DNA of 64,000 nucleotides, taken from positions 55,118,001 to 55,182,000 of the forward strand of contig OX597830.1 of assembly GCA_951406725.2 (NCBI GenBank), given 5' to 3'. This document shows positions 36,916 through 50,780 of this stretch, piece after piece; within the stretch, counting starts at the first letter, position 1; every line of letters starts with the position of its first letter. The notes under the pieces were generated by a model. It was given only the letters and a program-made list of their open reading frames with translations. It ran no database searches and had not been told where the DNA came from. Source of the DNA: Octopus vulgaris (taxonomy: Eukaryota). The position numbers and the translations under genes were made by a program.

Positions 36916-38344
36916 ACACACAAACATGCATAGATGAAATCAAATATATAACTAGTGTCTGTTTGTTTATTTTCAAACATTTTGGTTTCATCAAATTTTT
37001 TGAGTGCATTTCTTCAGTCTGAGCTAAGATAATATGTGATCCTAAATCCAAAGTATATTAAATAAACAGAAACAAGGAGCGTTTAAGTGGTTGTCCTGCT
37101 TGAAACAGTAGCCAAGTTTCCATGAAATCTCATGCTATGATCTTTTCAAAAGAGGAAGGTGACATTGGATAATGGAGTTCTAGATGCATTCTATGAGAAA
37201 ATAAAATGCTGAAATGCTGTTGATCATGTTTACTCAGCATTGACCTGATACTAAATTACTTATAGTGTTTGTCTTGCTTCAACAAAGGTTGATATTTCTG
37301 TTAGTCTCAGTTGACCTTGTGAAGACTTGATGTTTGATGTCTATTGAACAGGTGTTCCTTTTACGAGTTAAATTTGTATATCATTTTATAAGGAAATGTT
37401 ATATGTTTAAATGACAGCTATATATATATATGTATGTGTGTGTGTGTGTGTGTATTTATAGTTTTCATACCTGAATATGTCTTTGATAAAACAAATGCTA
37501 CTTACATTTTTTTTAGTTGAGAAAGATAGAATTTTGTTTAATAAAATATTTCCTCTGAAAATTGATATGAATGTTTGAATTACAAAACCATTCAGCCATG
37601 TCTGAACATAGAAGAAAACTTACAAAGCATACAAAAAGATGTAAATTGTATTGTGTGACTGTTTTCCTTAGGACATGTAAATGCTATCTGCACACAATAT
37701 TTTCCCTATATATGTACAATAGGTTTGTAGAAATGTTTGCCTTAAAATTTAAGACCCTTTATTTTATAAACAAAAGGGTTATTTCATATTGTAAAATAAA
37801 AAGTTTTAAAATGGTAGGATTTTTTTTATGGAGACTATTTCTTTTTGGTGTTTCTTCAACTACTTGTGCATTCATAGAATAACAAAATACCTTTTGTAGT
37901 GAAGTAATTGTTTGCCCCATTAGAGTGTCTGGCTAAAACATAATAAAACGTGATTGCTACATTTTAATCCTGCAAAGAATAAATGTGACAGATAAGCAGA
38001 TGTTTAAATTTATCTTTTCACAACAATTACTAAGCCATTTAATTGGCAGGAGGAGTGAATTTTTTTCTACTTTAGAAAAAGAAGAAGAAAAAACACACCA
38101 CCTGTTAAAAATATGATAGCTATAAGTTAAATACTCTTATTTTATGTACATTTAAAAAAACTGATTTTTAAAACTTCCTTTTCATTATTATTTTCAAACA
38201 AAATTTTCTGTAAATATTGGTGCTAATCAATTTGATTTGCACTTATTTTATCATCGTAAGCCACTTATTTGCAGAATATGCTCCAGATGAATATTTTGTC
38301 AAATATATCCTGTCCAATATTCTATATATATATATATATATGTA

Positions 38345-38399
<55 letters not shown>

Positions 38400-39345
38400 T
38401 ATAGTTTGTATAAAGCTTTTTACCTTGTGTATACATATCATTTTGTCTGACGAAGGTGTAGTATGTATGTGTGTGCATTTGTGTCACTTGCAAGTGAAAG
38501 AGAGAGAGAGAATGAAATCACAGATAGTGGTTTTACAAAAAAAAATAAATAAATAAATAAAAGTCTTGCTTCTAATATGATTATCCAAACTGAACATTGA
38601 GAATCCTGTTGGTTTTTCATACAGTTTATTCTACAAGTGAAAGTATTTAACGGACATTTGATGAGTAAGATTCCAGGTAATGCCTATTGGGTTGCATTGT
38701 TACTGTTTGGGTGTAGTCTGCTCAGACAGTGCTTTTTGACACAGACTTTCTCCACTGCATATTGGAGAACTATCAGCGCTTGAACCACTCTCCTCCTTTT
38801 CACCCCACTCTGCTTAGTTGCTGGTGTTGGCATGATTATTTTTATCTCCATTTTTCTTCTACTTCCTTATTCTTGTCCTGCTGCCTTATTTAATCACCCT
38901 CATCAATTATTTTGATGTAAGCAGTTGAACATGCTTCAACTAACATTTCATTGTAGTGTTATGTATATTAATCCTTCTAGTAACCAACCACACTGGTGAA
39001 TTTGTAACAATCATTTTATTTACTACCTCCTTCCCTTTTATTTGACCATAGATTTGTCAGTATTTTCATTGCATGCATTTTATCTTCTGGCATTATATGA
39101 GCATTATATGAACCCCTGAAATAATATTGTCTATAATATTTTCATAAAACCTATCAATATGAAAATTGTTCAATTTTCATTGATACTGCTGCATTGAAAA
39201 TTGCAATAGAAATTTAATTTTAATATTACTTTGGTCATAATCTCATTTAATTTAAAATAGTGCACATGCATACACCTACATGCATACTGATATCACTAAA
39301 ATGACTACTAGTGTTTAATATGAAATAGTTTGTTTTTCATTTGGA

Positions 39346-39376
<31 letters not shown>

Positions 39377-40384
39377 TTGATATCTATTGCTATCTATATG
39401 ATAGTGATATTTCAATATATTTTTAGTGCCATATCACCACTTTTGCTCATTTGTTAAACGTGTTCATTTGTTACTGCGCTACTTTCAAAAAGAAATAATC
39501 TATTAAGACAACTAGTTTATCTAAGATGTGACTTTTTCTTTTTTTTTTTTGTCACTGTTCAAAAAACATTATTTTACACTTTGTAGACAGTATATTCCTT
39601 TTGATCTCTTTTACATTCATTATTGTAATTACTTTTTTAATTGACTGATTATTCTTAGCATGCATTTGTGAAAGATTATTAGAAATTTACAATACATAAC
39701 AAAATATCCAACTACTTATTAAATAAGTACATTATTCCCTGGCCCCATCACTCTTTTTCTCTTATATTAAGTGGATAGCTGTAGGATAGCAAGGAAAACA
39801 TTTCTCAGTTACTAAAATAATTGTTCCACTTATATGGAAATGTTCAAATTGTCAAAAGCTTTTTGTGAGAAAAATTGACATTAAAAACAAATAAAAAACA
39901 CGTTTTTTAGGTTTAAAAAAAATTGTATTTATGTGAACAGATTTTAATAAATTATTTTCCCTCATTCAACATCTAATTTTTTGCCTATTACTGTGAAAGT
40001 TTTACTTAAATTTTAGAGATGTACTTGCTTGACAAATGATTTGAGCTGAGACCATATGTTGAAGCTAAAACAATTACAGCATGGTAGATACATATCACCC
40101 ATTCAAAAACATGCAAAAAAAAAATGTTAACTACACTTAAACATTTATTTGGTGTCAAAATTTTCTTCACATTCACTGCAACCTAATCACTGATGGTTTC
40201 ACTGAATCATAAAGTTTGACTCCAAATTAATAAATGTTTAACTGATGTTAACAGTTTTGTTGTGTGTGTGTTTTTCTTTTTCTTTTAATGGCTTATGTGT
40301 ATCTGTTTTGCTGTAATTGTTTTATTCAAATGTTTTTAAACTAAATATAATTTTATCTTTGTCTATTTATTATGATTATTATTA

Positions 40385-40658
40385 AAGTAAAGATTATTTG
40401 CCAACCTCATGTGGCAGTCCCAGTTGGGTATTCTTGTTTTAACCCCAGGAAACATCATCTCCAGTTGGCCATATGACACACATCTGTGTCCTTGTACTTT
40501 TGAACAGAGGAGTTTAGCTGAACTCCCTTGTTTGAAAGTATAAGGACACAGATGTGTGTCATATAGCCAGCTGGAAATGATGTTTCCTGGGGCTAAAACA
40601 ACAGTAACATTCATCCCAACCAGGACTGTCACATTATGTTGGCAAATAATCCTTACTG
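40385..40658. mobile_element. Fold-back MITE / near-perfect 274-bp palindrome
   Basis: agtaaagattatttgccaac... and ...gttggcaaataatccttact pair along the whole length to a spacerless centre gagtttag|ctgaactc (40517/40518). The CAGT-like terminus with TA on the left flank suggests a Tc1/mariner origin. Confidence 0.88.
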
Positions 40659-43654
40659 TGAAGTACTGTTACTGTATGTCTCTCATTGAGAGATTTAGAA
40701 ATAATAAAGTTTCTATGCTTATTATTATTTTAGCCATAACTATATTTATAATTATTTTATAAATAACTAGTTATTCATTGAGTGTCTTGACTTAATTCAG
40801 ATCAAATACTGCTATCTGCAAATTAGCTGTTACTGCCTTGTTGGTTGAAATATTGAAACAGCTCACCATGTTTTTATATTAAAATTTAAATTTTAAATTT
40901 TCTGTAAGCTCCAACTACATCTATGAGAAAAAAAGAAAACCTAAAGATTAGATGATTTTATAAAGAATATATTATCAGTGAATTTTGAGTGAAATGTTAG
41001 TGCTGATGATGGTGATAAAAACTAACTTTTTTTTTATTATTTGATATCAACCAGTCTTTAAAGAAAAACATTTCAATACGAAGTTGAGGTTTTCATGACA
41101 TTTGGTGTTCCATTCATTAGAATCAATCTTGTTTCTCCTGCCTCTATTTTTGGCATTTTTACAGTTTCTATTAAGTTTGTAGCATTAACCTATCTCTCAA
41201 GAGATAATTATTGATCACTGCCAAATCTCTAGTAGACAGGTCCTAACTAGAAATAAACAGATTTCTAACACCGTGTTTAACCAAATTATCAAATAGCTCC
41301 TTAAGTACAAATTAAATAAAAACTATCTTTTAATATTTAGTTCCTTCATCATTTAATGAAATTCAATAGTTGTCAATTTATTTCAGGGGTTCCTATGAGT
41401 TACATGCCACTTTTATCAAATATCCTAACTCTTGGATATTTCTACTTGAACTGGATCACGTTAATGGGATACAGCAAATATTTGTTTCCTATTTTTCTTA
41501 GCTGACTTTTAGAAAGCCTCCTATTCTACTACCACTTTTACTGATTGCTTGACTGTGTGGTATCATATATCAAACTGGTAGCACTGTTGCATGCCTAACA
41601 GATATAAGCATTGATTTTCTGAAAGTAAGCTTGTATTTGTTGGTTTTTATGATTGCATGCACAAATAATACAGACTATTCATTATTAAGGCACAATTTGA
41701 TAATCTGGTTCAGAAGACTTGACAAATAGACTAACCTAAACAACAAAGAACTGGAATTCTGTCATGCATTTCATTTATAAAGATTTAAAATAAGCAAGCA
41801 AATTTTAAAGAGTTAGTGAAAATTTTGAGTTACAGTAAAATAACTAGCAGTTCTTTATTTCACAATATTCCTTATATTTTTTTGCTATTTGATAAAAACA
41901 TCTACATCTTTGATGAAGATAATAGACTAACATCTTAATTGTTTGATTCATCCCTCAAGTCTACTATATCAGCTGTCTCCATGACAGTAAAAGCTGACAG
42001 ATGAAGGAAAACAATTTTGTAAAGCTGACCAGATTTAAATGTATGAACTTATGATATTGATAGATTTAAACAACATATTAGTCCCAGTTGGGTAAATTTT
42101 ATACTTTTTTATCAGATTATTATTATCCTGATAGGGATTTCTTTTTGTTTTTTGGGGGTATTTTCTTTTTCTTTTTCAAAATTTAGTTTCAATCTATATT
42201 CATCTAATATAATTTTAGTTTATTTTTGCCATTAATGAATTCAATGTAATTATTTATAATTCTCATATATTTTCTATTCATCGAATGTTTGTGTGAGTGT
42301 ATGTTTTATACATTTTCATAGTATTGCTTTCACATCCAGTCTTTGCTTCTTTCTATATTTCTTTTAATTTCCTTTTTTTTAAATCAATTATTTCATTTTT
42401 AAAAAATATTTTTTCCAAATAACATTTTAGAATTTAGTTCTATTTGCTGTTAAGTTCCTTGACATCAAACAGAAATATCGTTGAATAATAAAACCAAATT
42501 GCTGCAGTTAATTAAAGCAAAATTAATGAAATTTTTAAAACCGGTTAACCAGATATGTTATCCAGTTATATCAATTAAATTCAAGCCCAAATTAATTCTC
42601 AGGAAATTTCTACTGTTGATCAAATTGTCTTCCTGTCCTATTTGTTCATATATTCTTTAGATATCAAACTCTGGCAAAAGTTCATTAAAATAGCATTGAA
42701 AGAAAAATTCATTTCTTCTTAAAATACAAAAATACCTTATTTAATTTTTTTTTTTGTTCTTGGATTTTCACAAAATCTATTTTGATCTATTGTTTTTCCA
42801 CCAAACTATATCTAAAATGTGTAATCAATAAACTGTACATTCTTTCTTTAACATTGAAATGCAGGTGCATTGGTAGCAAATACACTACTTTATAGTATGG
42901 CTTACACATGTTTGCTAACCTGTTTATTAAGTTTCTCATTTAACTGGAAAAAAAAAATTTTTTTTTTAAAAAAAATTTTTTTTTTAATGAATGTTTTGAT
43001 AAATCACATTGAATGTTTAGAACAGAAATTTTCTCTTACTACCCTCTCTAACTGATATAACTGACATAACTGGTCCAAAATTCCGAGGCCAATTCCATAT
43101 TGAAAGTTTTTTTGTTCACTCTATTTTTATTTCATAATGTCATATATCTAATGAAATACAAACAATTATTTTCAGTAAGTATGTTTTCTACTAAATTGCA
43201 ACAATGATTCCACAGTAAACATTCTTGTAACCATGTCTGACATGTCATTTTATATGTTATCATCATTGCCAATCACCAAGCATTGTACAAGAAACCTATT
43301 TCCTGTGCTAGCTGCATTGGGTTGGGTTGCGTTGTATTATACATGTAATTACTCCATACACAGTATACTGAGTTCTATAAATGATTTATATCTTTTATTA
43401 TGTTGTATGATAATAATAAAAGGATGCGTGAGTTAGTCAACATTGATGTTTCTGTATGCATTTGATTATCTACACTATATATTTAGAAGAGTCTGCATTT
43501 AAAACTTGATACACACAATCGTTATATAGAAACAGAGGGGATTGACATATTCATCTCAATTCATTTATTATAGTCGTCACAGATTATTAACTGCAGTTGG
43601 TTTTATATCTATTAAGCCATATATAATTATGATGTGACTTTCAAATTACCTTAG

Positions 43655-43861
43655 TCTTTTTTGTTACCATATTTCTTTTGAGACCCATTATCTTTGTTTC
43701 AATTCATTGTCAAAATAATGGAGAATTTAGTAAAATAATTTTATCATTATTAAGATGGTGTTTGGAATAAATTAACATGAAATTTTGATGAAAGGTTTAA
43801 ATTTCGAGAAATTTGTATTATAGAACCTAGGGTAGTGTCAAGCAGGTTGGTACAAAAAGAG
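43655..43861 (+). mobile_element. piggyBac-like MITE, decayed
   Basis: TTAA-like flanks (ttag and ttga), ends ttttgttacc...ggtacaaaaagag, homologous to 60820-61044. Confidence 0.65.
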
Positions 43862-45257
43862 TTGAGCTGACATACCTGATTTTTTTATTGATCAGTTCTC
43901 ATCAGCTATGAAGTGATTGTAAGACAAAAGACATGGGTTTTCATATATGGGGTTTTTCAATCATTTTATTGGAATGTTTGAGTAAAATGGCATGAAAATA
44001 AAAGTTAGTAATACTGAAATCAAATTGGACAGTTCTAGAAAGACTGATTTATTGGACTGCTGATCTGAAACCGAAATATTATTAATTTCTTATTTTAAAT
44101 AGATTTTGAATCCTGATTGGTTTTTCTTTTCCTACATTTATGATGGAAATTATGAACAGTACAACTTTTACCTTTTATAACAGAATTTGAAGTGGATTCA
44201 AAGAACATATGCCAATTGAGAGATAATTGAATGCATATGCACATAAAACTGTTATACATGTATATTACCACTTGTGATAATATTTCGTGTGAATTTTTAT
44301 ATTTTGAGTAATGTAATTGGTGGTGATCAAATTCCAAATAGTGGCAGTAACAAGAGAATGAAAATGAGTGTGTCATACCCCTTTCTCTTTCCCTCATATA
44401 TATTTAAACACACTTACACAAACTTTATATGATCCAGATTTGCTTGAATGACTCTGTGTGTGTGTAGAGAGAGAGAGAGAGATTGTTTGTGTCATAATGT
44501 ACATGGAAAATGTATCTAGCTGTGAAAAGGTGATTTATATCGGTTATTGCTTGTTAGGTTGCTTAAATCAGGTTCCCTAAGATGTCATCGTTCTACCATC
44601 TTGGAGAGCAATAATGACTTAAACTGCACTGGCCAGCATAGAAAGTGAATGAAAAACGATGACAATGATACACATGCAAACACGTTTGCTAACAAGTGTG
44701 TATGTGTAGTATATTACTATTTATTGTATTCCTCAAGCTGCTCTTTGTCACTCAATCTTTTTGTCTGTGTCAATTACCCATATATACATACATGCACATA
44801 TATGCAGTTTGCCAGTCTATGACAAATTCTGGCTTTTCAACCTGACTCTTGTTTTTTTTTAAATATATAACTTTTAATAATTTCAACATCAGTAAGAGCA
44901 AGTGTGCCACTATCATTCCATACTGTTCTTGCTAAGGTGTTTATAATGTGAAGTTAAAGAAGCCACCTGTATAATCAGTTTGGTAGTACACAGAAATATC
45001 ATGCCAAATGAATGCCATGAATGCCAAGGAGAAAGTTAAGTTACAGAAAGAGCTTAAGACAAGAATTATCGTAGATGACATGCAGTTTTATTAATGCCAT
45101 TGTCCCGGTGAAACAATTTCAGAAATATTCATCTTGGAGTAAACCACTATACAGAGCTCATAGACTGACTTGGGTGGTTGGTTAGGAAGTGATGAGTAGC
45201 TTATGAAGGACATATATATATATATATAAATATGCATGTATGGATATCCATGAAAAC

Positions 45258-45288
<31 letters not shown>

Positions 45289-45621
45289 TGAGTGTATATA
45301 CAGTTGTGTGAAAGGTACTTGAAGACATTTGGCAATTTAATAAAACTCTGATCTTGCAAAGACAAAATATATTTTAATAAAAATGTGTACTCATGTTATC
45401 AATAAACTTATAGGATTTATGAATCAACCCCAGCTACAGTGAATGCTTCAGTGCTGGACTGGAATCATTGACATGCCTGCACTAAATTCATTTTGGACAT
45501 TTTCTAGACAATGGTAATAATAATGATAATAGCAACAACAGTAAAGATAGGTAGAACACTTCTTCAGTCTCTATTATTAATGTTGTGTTCTGCTTATCAG
45601 TTGTTATTCTTATTATTAATA

Positions 45622-45823
45622 AAGACAGCAAAGTGGCTGAACCATTAGCATGCTTAGCAGCATTTTGTCTGTCTTAACATTGAGTTCAAATGCTGCCAAG
45701 GTTAACTTTGCCTTTCATCCTATAAGGGTTGATTAAAAAAATACTAGTTGCATGCCAGGGTGAATGTAACTGACTAACCCCTTCCCTCAAAATTTCAAGC
45801 CTTGTGCCTATAGTACAAAGGAT
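45622..45823 (+). mobile_element. Main-family SINE copy
   Basis: gtggctgaaccattagc...gagttcaaatgctgccaagg...gccttgtgcctatagtacaaaggat. Confidence 0.8.
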
Positions 45824-46449
45824 TATTGTTATTATTGTCATTATTATATATTATTGTGTATTTGCATTTTATTAGGAATACTCTATCATATCACTTCCTC
45901 ATTGCCATTTACAAAATTCATTTTTATTTTCACTTGATCATTGTCTGTTTTGTTTGCCAGCAATGGAGTGGTTTTCTTATTGGCCTACTGCACCCTTCAG
46001 ATCTTCATTTTTTCGTCTTCTGCTTTACCTCTTTCCACCTATTCTTTTTCCTCTTCCTGTTCTATCTGATGTGTTATTACTATTGTCTAGGTCTTATCCA
46101 TTATTCCACCATTTTATTCTTTTTTACTTATTGTTTCCTCCCAATATAAGCAACATACAATACTTAACAGACATACAATGTAAGAGCATACATTTTGATG
46201 CTAGTTTGATGAAGTGCCATGCTAATGTTTAAAACTGCAAATATTACATAGCTTTCCACATAAAACTTTTGCATGCAAAGGCATTAGAAACGGAGTGGTA
46301 CCAAAACAGTTCTTGTAACTGGTAATTAAAGAGCTTTGCTCAGTTTGGGGCTATAGTAGAAAGTACGCACCCAAGATGCCACTTTGTGGGGTCGAACCCC
46401 AGTTCATATATTTGGAAAGTAAGCTTCTTAATCTCATGGCCATGGCTAC

Positions 46450-46484
<35 letters not shown>

Positions 46485-46834
46485 GAGAAAGAGAGAGAGA
46501 GAGATTAATATTTTATGTATAAGTGGATATATATATATATGTGTGTGTATACATATTGGCCATAGGAAGAACTTCCAGCTGTAGAAACCAAACCAAATAT
46601 CTCGTACAAGTGCGTAGTCTTTAGTAGCGTTATCTAATTTGTTGTGACTTAAACTGTGACAATCTATGAAACTCACTCCAGTAGGAAACGTGAACATAAA
46701 ATTATATTATTAACCTTTGTTGGTATTTCTCTTCTGTTAGAAGAATGTACTTGAATTTTACCCTTAGGAATATTCTATTCTGTACATCTAAGATGTACAG
46801 CTCCTGACTCCTTGAACTTTCCAAAGTCTATATA

Positions 46835-46866
<32 letters not shown>

Positions 46867-47278
46867 ACCCAAATTATTAATATTAGATCTTCTGACTACA
46901 TCAACATTAAAGGGTACAAATATAGTTATATTGTGTTTATCACTTACCTAATTGTTTTTCAACCCTTCAACAATTTCCCAGTATTTTTACTTTCTTTTTA
47001 GTAGAATTGCTGACTTTGACTGTTTACGAGACTAATACACACAAACACACATACACAATTTGTACAACCTGCTACATGGAGACATATTAGTATTATAGAT
47101 TGTTTATATTAAATGAAGAAAATATGTGCATTACCTATTAAATTTAGAGAATGTATATAAGTTGTCTGTATGTCTACCAATATTTATATATATGCACGGT
47201 TCAGGCTTTTGATTGCTACTAATATTACTAGTTACTAGTAATATTTATTTATATTATATATATATATATGTATGTATG

Positions 47279-47312
<34 letters not shown>

Positions 47313-47864
47313 TATATCCGTACCTTTTTATTTAAGTAACTTTTATTGTTTCTAACTGTAATCCTATCCTATTTGTATATACTTAGCATGGTAAAATGTC
47401 AAGTACATACATATGTATGTATATATATATATATAGGCAAGCACATACACACACATATGTACACTATATGTTGGTAAGTAAATATATGTTTTATTTTTTC
47501 CCCCTCTATTGTCTTCTCTGCTCTGTTTTATTTGCATATTAACGCATTCATGAGATTATTGGGTGTCATCTTTTAACCATGGCTATTATTGATTCAGAAA
47601 AGATTTTAAAGAGTAAATATTTCCTCAAGCTTCTTATGAGACATGCCTTTATATTCCATAGAAAAGCAGTATTTGCAGAGGCTGTTTGGGATGTTTTTAC
47701 ATAGTTTTCAGCAAATTCATGCCACATGATGATGATAATAATAATAGTAATCCCTGTAAATGAAATTTGCTATGGTTTTAACCTACAGTGAGGGTAATCA
47801 ATAGGATAGCTTAGTTGAAAACATCATTTAACATTTTCATTTATATTGTTTGTCAGTTTAATAG

Positions 47865-47870
47865 CCCAAG
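47865..47870 (+). CDS. Candidate 6-nt microexon (or 14 nt from the upstream AG at 47856)
   Basis: ttttcatttatattgtttgtcagtttaatag CCCAAG, followed by the consensus donor AAG|gtaagt. Confidence 0.35.
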
Positions 47871-48798
47871 GTAAGTATAATTAACTTGTTAATAGGCTTA
47901 TGGATAATTTCAGAATTATTTATTAGGTAATTATAGAAAGCAAATCTAGATTGTGATCAAATTAGATGAATGATTATGAAGAAACAGAGAGATAGGCTTT
48001 AATTATAATCTATATGTTTCTTAGAATATAATTTGAAAGTAGGTTCATTGTAAATATTTAAGTAATTCTATTTCATCGTATCATCAGAGCTTGCCTTGAT
48101 GTTTTTAGTCGTATCATTATGTAATCTAGTTTAGTTCACTTCTTGGATTCAGGATGATTATTAAAAGTATTCTAGTTAAATATCTATTATGGCTGTTTAT
48201 ACATTTTGATGCATCTTTCTGTTAATGAACCCACATACACACACACACACACACACACACATGCATATATCTACAGATATATATATCTTATAGATCATGA
48301 ATGCATTAATCTCTTGTCAGGTTCATTTTGTACCATTGTACTTGAAGTGTAGTATCACATTCTCTTCATCTCTTCCTCTGCACATTGCTAATAAGCTAAA
48401 TGATGTGTTGGTGTTTCTGCTAAATGCATGTCTTGTCAACATTGATAGTAGTGTGGCTAGTAACAATACCAGCTCTGCCTTATGTCACTTTATATAGTAT
48501 TTGTTCACTTGAACAATATTAAACAAAGACACTACTACTACTACTACTGAGATCATTCACTGACAATTTAACTGTTTCATTGGTAGTTAGTACTTCATCA
48601 TTTTTTACTTGACTGAAAATATATAATGAGGTTTGTAATATATTTGTGTGAAAAACCAACTACCTGTACTTTGTATTTTAGCAACACTCATTTGAAATTT
48701 AAATAGAAATTTTCATATTTTAATTTTATATTCATCTAATCTAATGTTCTATACTTATTTTTTTTTAAATCTCAATTCTAGAAGTTTTATTAATTCTA

Positions 48799-48834
48799 AA
48801 AAATGCTCAAACTAATTGCAGTTTGAGCATTTTT
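48799..48834. repeat. Perfect 15-bp stem hairpin
   Basis: aaaaatgctcaaact-aattgc-agtttgagcattttt. Confidence 0.85.
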
Positions 48835-50693
48835 GTTGCATTTCTTTCATAGCTTTTGTTTTTAATTTGATTTCATTTTAGTTGTTGATAAATAACTTAC
48901 ATTTAATCCATTAAAGGGATTAAAAAGACAAAACATGTTAACACGTGTTACTTTAATATCTTCTCTATTCTTGCGAACAAATTCTACTCTACTGTGGCAC
49001 TTGTTCTATGGTAGGCTGCTTTTAGTACACTTTCTAATTTACTTTTAACTTTGTCTTTCTTGTAGCATCTACACTTCTTTTTTTTTTTTTCTTTAAATTT
49101 TTCCATGTAAAGGTTTGTACATGAAAAACATCACATCACTAGCATTTAATGTCATTTAAAAATATTAGTATAGCCAAGCTCTTTCTCTCTCCCTCTCTCT
49201 CTCATTGCTTGTATACTTTTAATAATGATTTTTACTAAAAGCAATTAGTTCCTTTTAAAATTTAACTTTTCATTAATAGGCTACTTATAATAATGTAGGG
49301 CTAACAGGTATTTAAAACAACTTTATTTGGCAACAAACTGAAATCCATTTAACATTTTTATTTATTTATTTTTAATTTAATTTTTTTTTTATATAAAATC
49401 TTTTTGTTTCATCAATGTCATATTTTCATGTTTAAATTAGTATGTGTATATTGTCTAGCTAAAATATTGTTTTTTGATATAAAAAAGAAATCTTTTATTT
49501 TTTTTGTTTCAAATACATATTGCGTGACGAATCGATGTGCAGAGTTCCATATTGATATGTATTTGTAATTCTTTGCCGTTATGTCTGTGAGTGCCTTCTC
49601 CTCTGTGCGTGTGGAATAAGAAGCAAAGCTATAGTGAAGAATCACCAACATGTGCTTTGATAAGAACATTGGGTTTTACAATTGTGCATGTGTACCTTTG
49701 AAATGGTTTTCTCAAATCTAAGATCCTTTTCCTCTAAGGCTGCTGCTAACCATTCACTCACTGACTGACTTGTGTTTCCTGTTTAGGAGTTTCATTGTCA
49801 CCTTTGCAATGCTCATGAAAATTTTACTCCAATGCTTTATTTTTTTTTCTTTCTGCTGCATATATTTACATATGGGATTTTGGTTGTTGCCTTGAACTTC
49901 CTTATACTTTCTGTAGCCTTTTGTAACATGTATTACTGCTTAATGTTATACAGTTTACTTATCCTATAGGTTTACTTTTTAATGCAATACTTTCTGCTAA
50001 AGGGTTTTGCTGCATCTTTTGTTCCCTCTATGCGTGTGGATCTCCTGTCTGTCCTCTTTCATTTCATTTGTCTACCCAAAGTATATTCTGTGTTATGTTT
50101 ATTTGCTTGTTGCTATTTCTTTTCCTTCATCTAAATCTTTTCTTGATATCATGTCTGTAGTAAACATTGCAGTAATCCAATGATTATAACATAATAATAA
50201 TAACCTTTATTTATAGTGACAATTGTTATTTGTCTCTTCATTGCTGTTAATGTTTTGTCCTTGTTGGACTGAACAAATGATGGAATATGAGCAATATCGA
50301 CTTAAAATCGTAGCCAAAAACTGCACCAAGTTGATATCTTATTTAACATTTGAGACAGATTGATGGAGGGGGACTGTGTAGCTACTAGATGATTACTGCT
50401 TTTAGAGGTTATTTAATGATTTGGAAGAAAGAAGGCTGGCCTTCATCTAAATATTGTCAAATTGCTTAAGCCTAAAGTAATATCATAATAGTGTTGTGTG
50501 TTAATTGGTTTATGAGTTAGTATGTTGTGTTTATTAGAAACTTCATCTCCTTTTCATCAACTTTATAACTTACTCAGAAACAGGCATTTATCTTGAACAT
50601 TTTATGTGTGCGTGCGTGCATTACACAAATTATCTCTCTTATCATACTAAGAAGCATCATTTCTTTGTATGTGTATGTGTGTGTGTATATATG

Positions 50694-50734
<41 letters not shown>

Positions 50735-50738
50735 CATC

Positions 50739-50780
<42 letters not shown>

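Noticed and set aside
40363-40762. Two opposed ORFs sharing QLEMMFPG
   Set aside because: An artefact of the palindromic fold-back element.
50250-50363. Short ORF MFCPCWTEQMMEYEQYRLKIVAKNCTKLISYLTFETD*
   Set aside because: No in-frame acceptor or recognisable homology; its length is compatible with chance.
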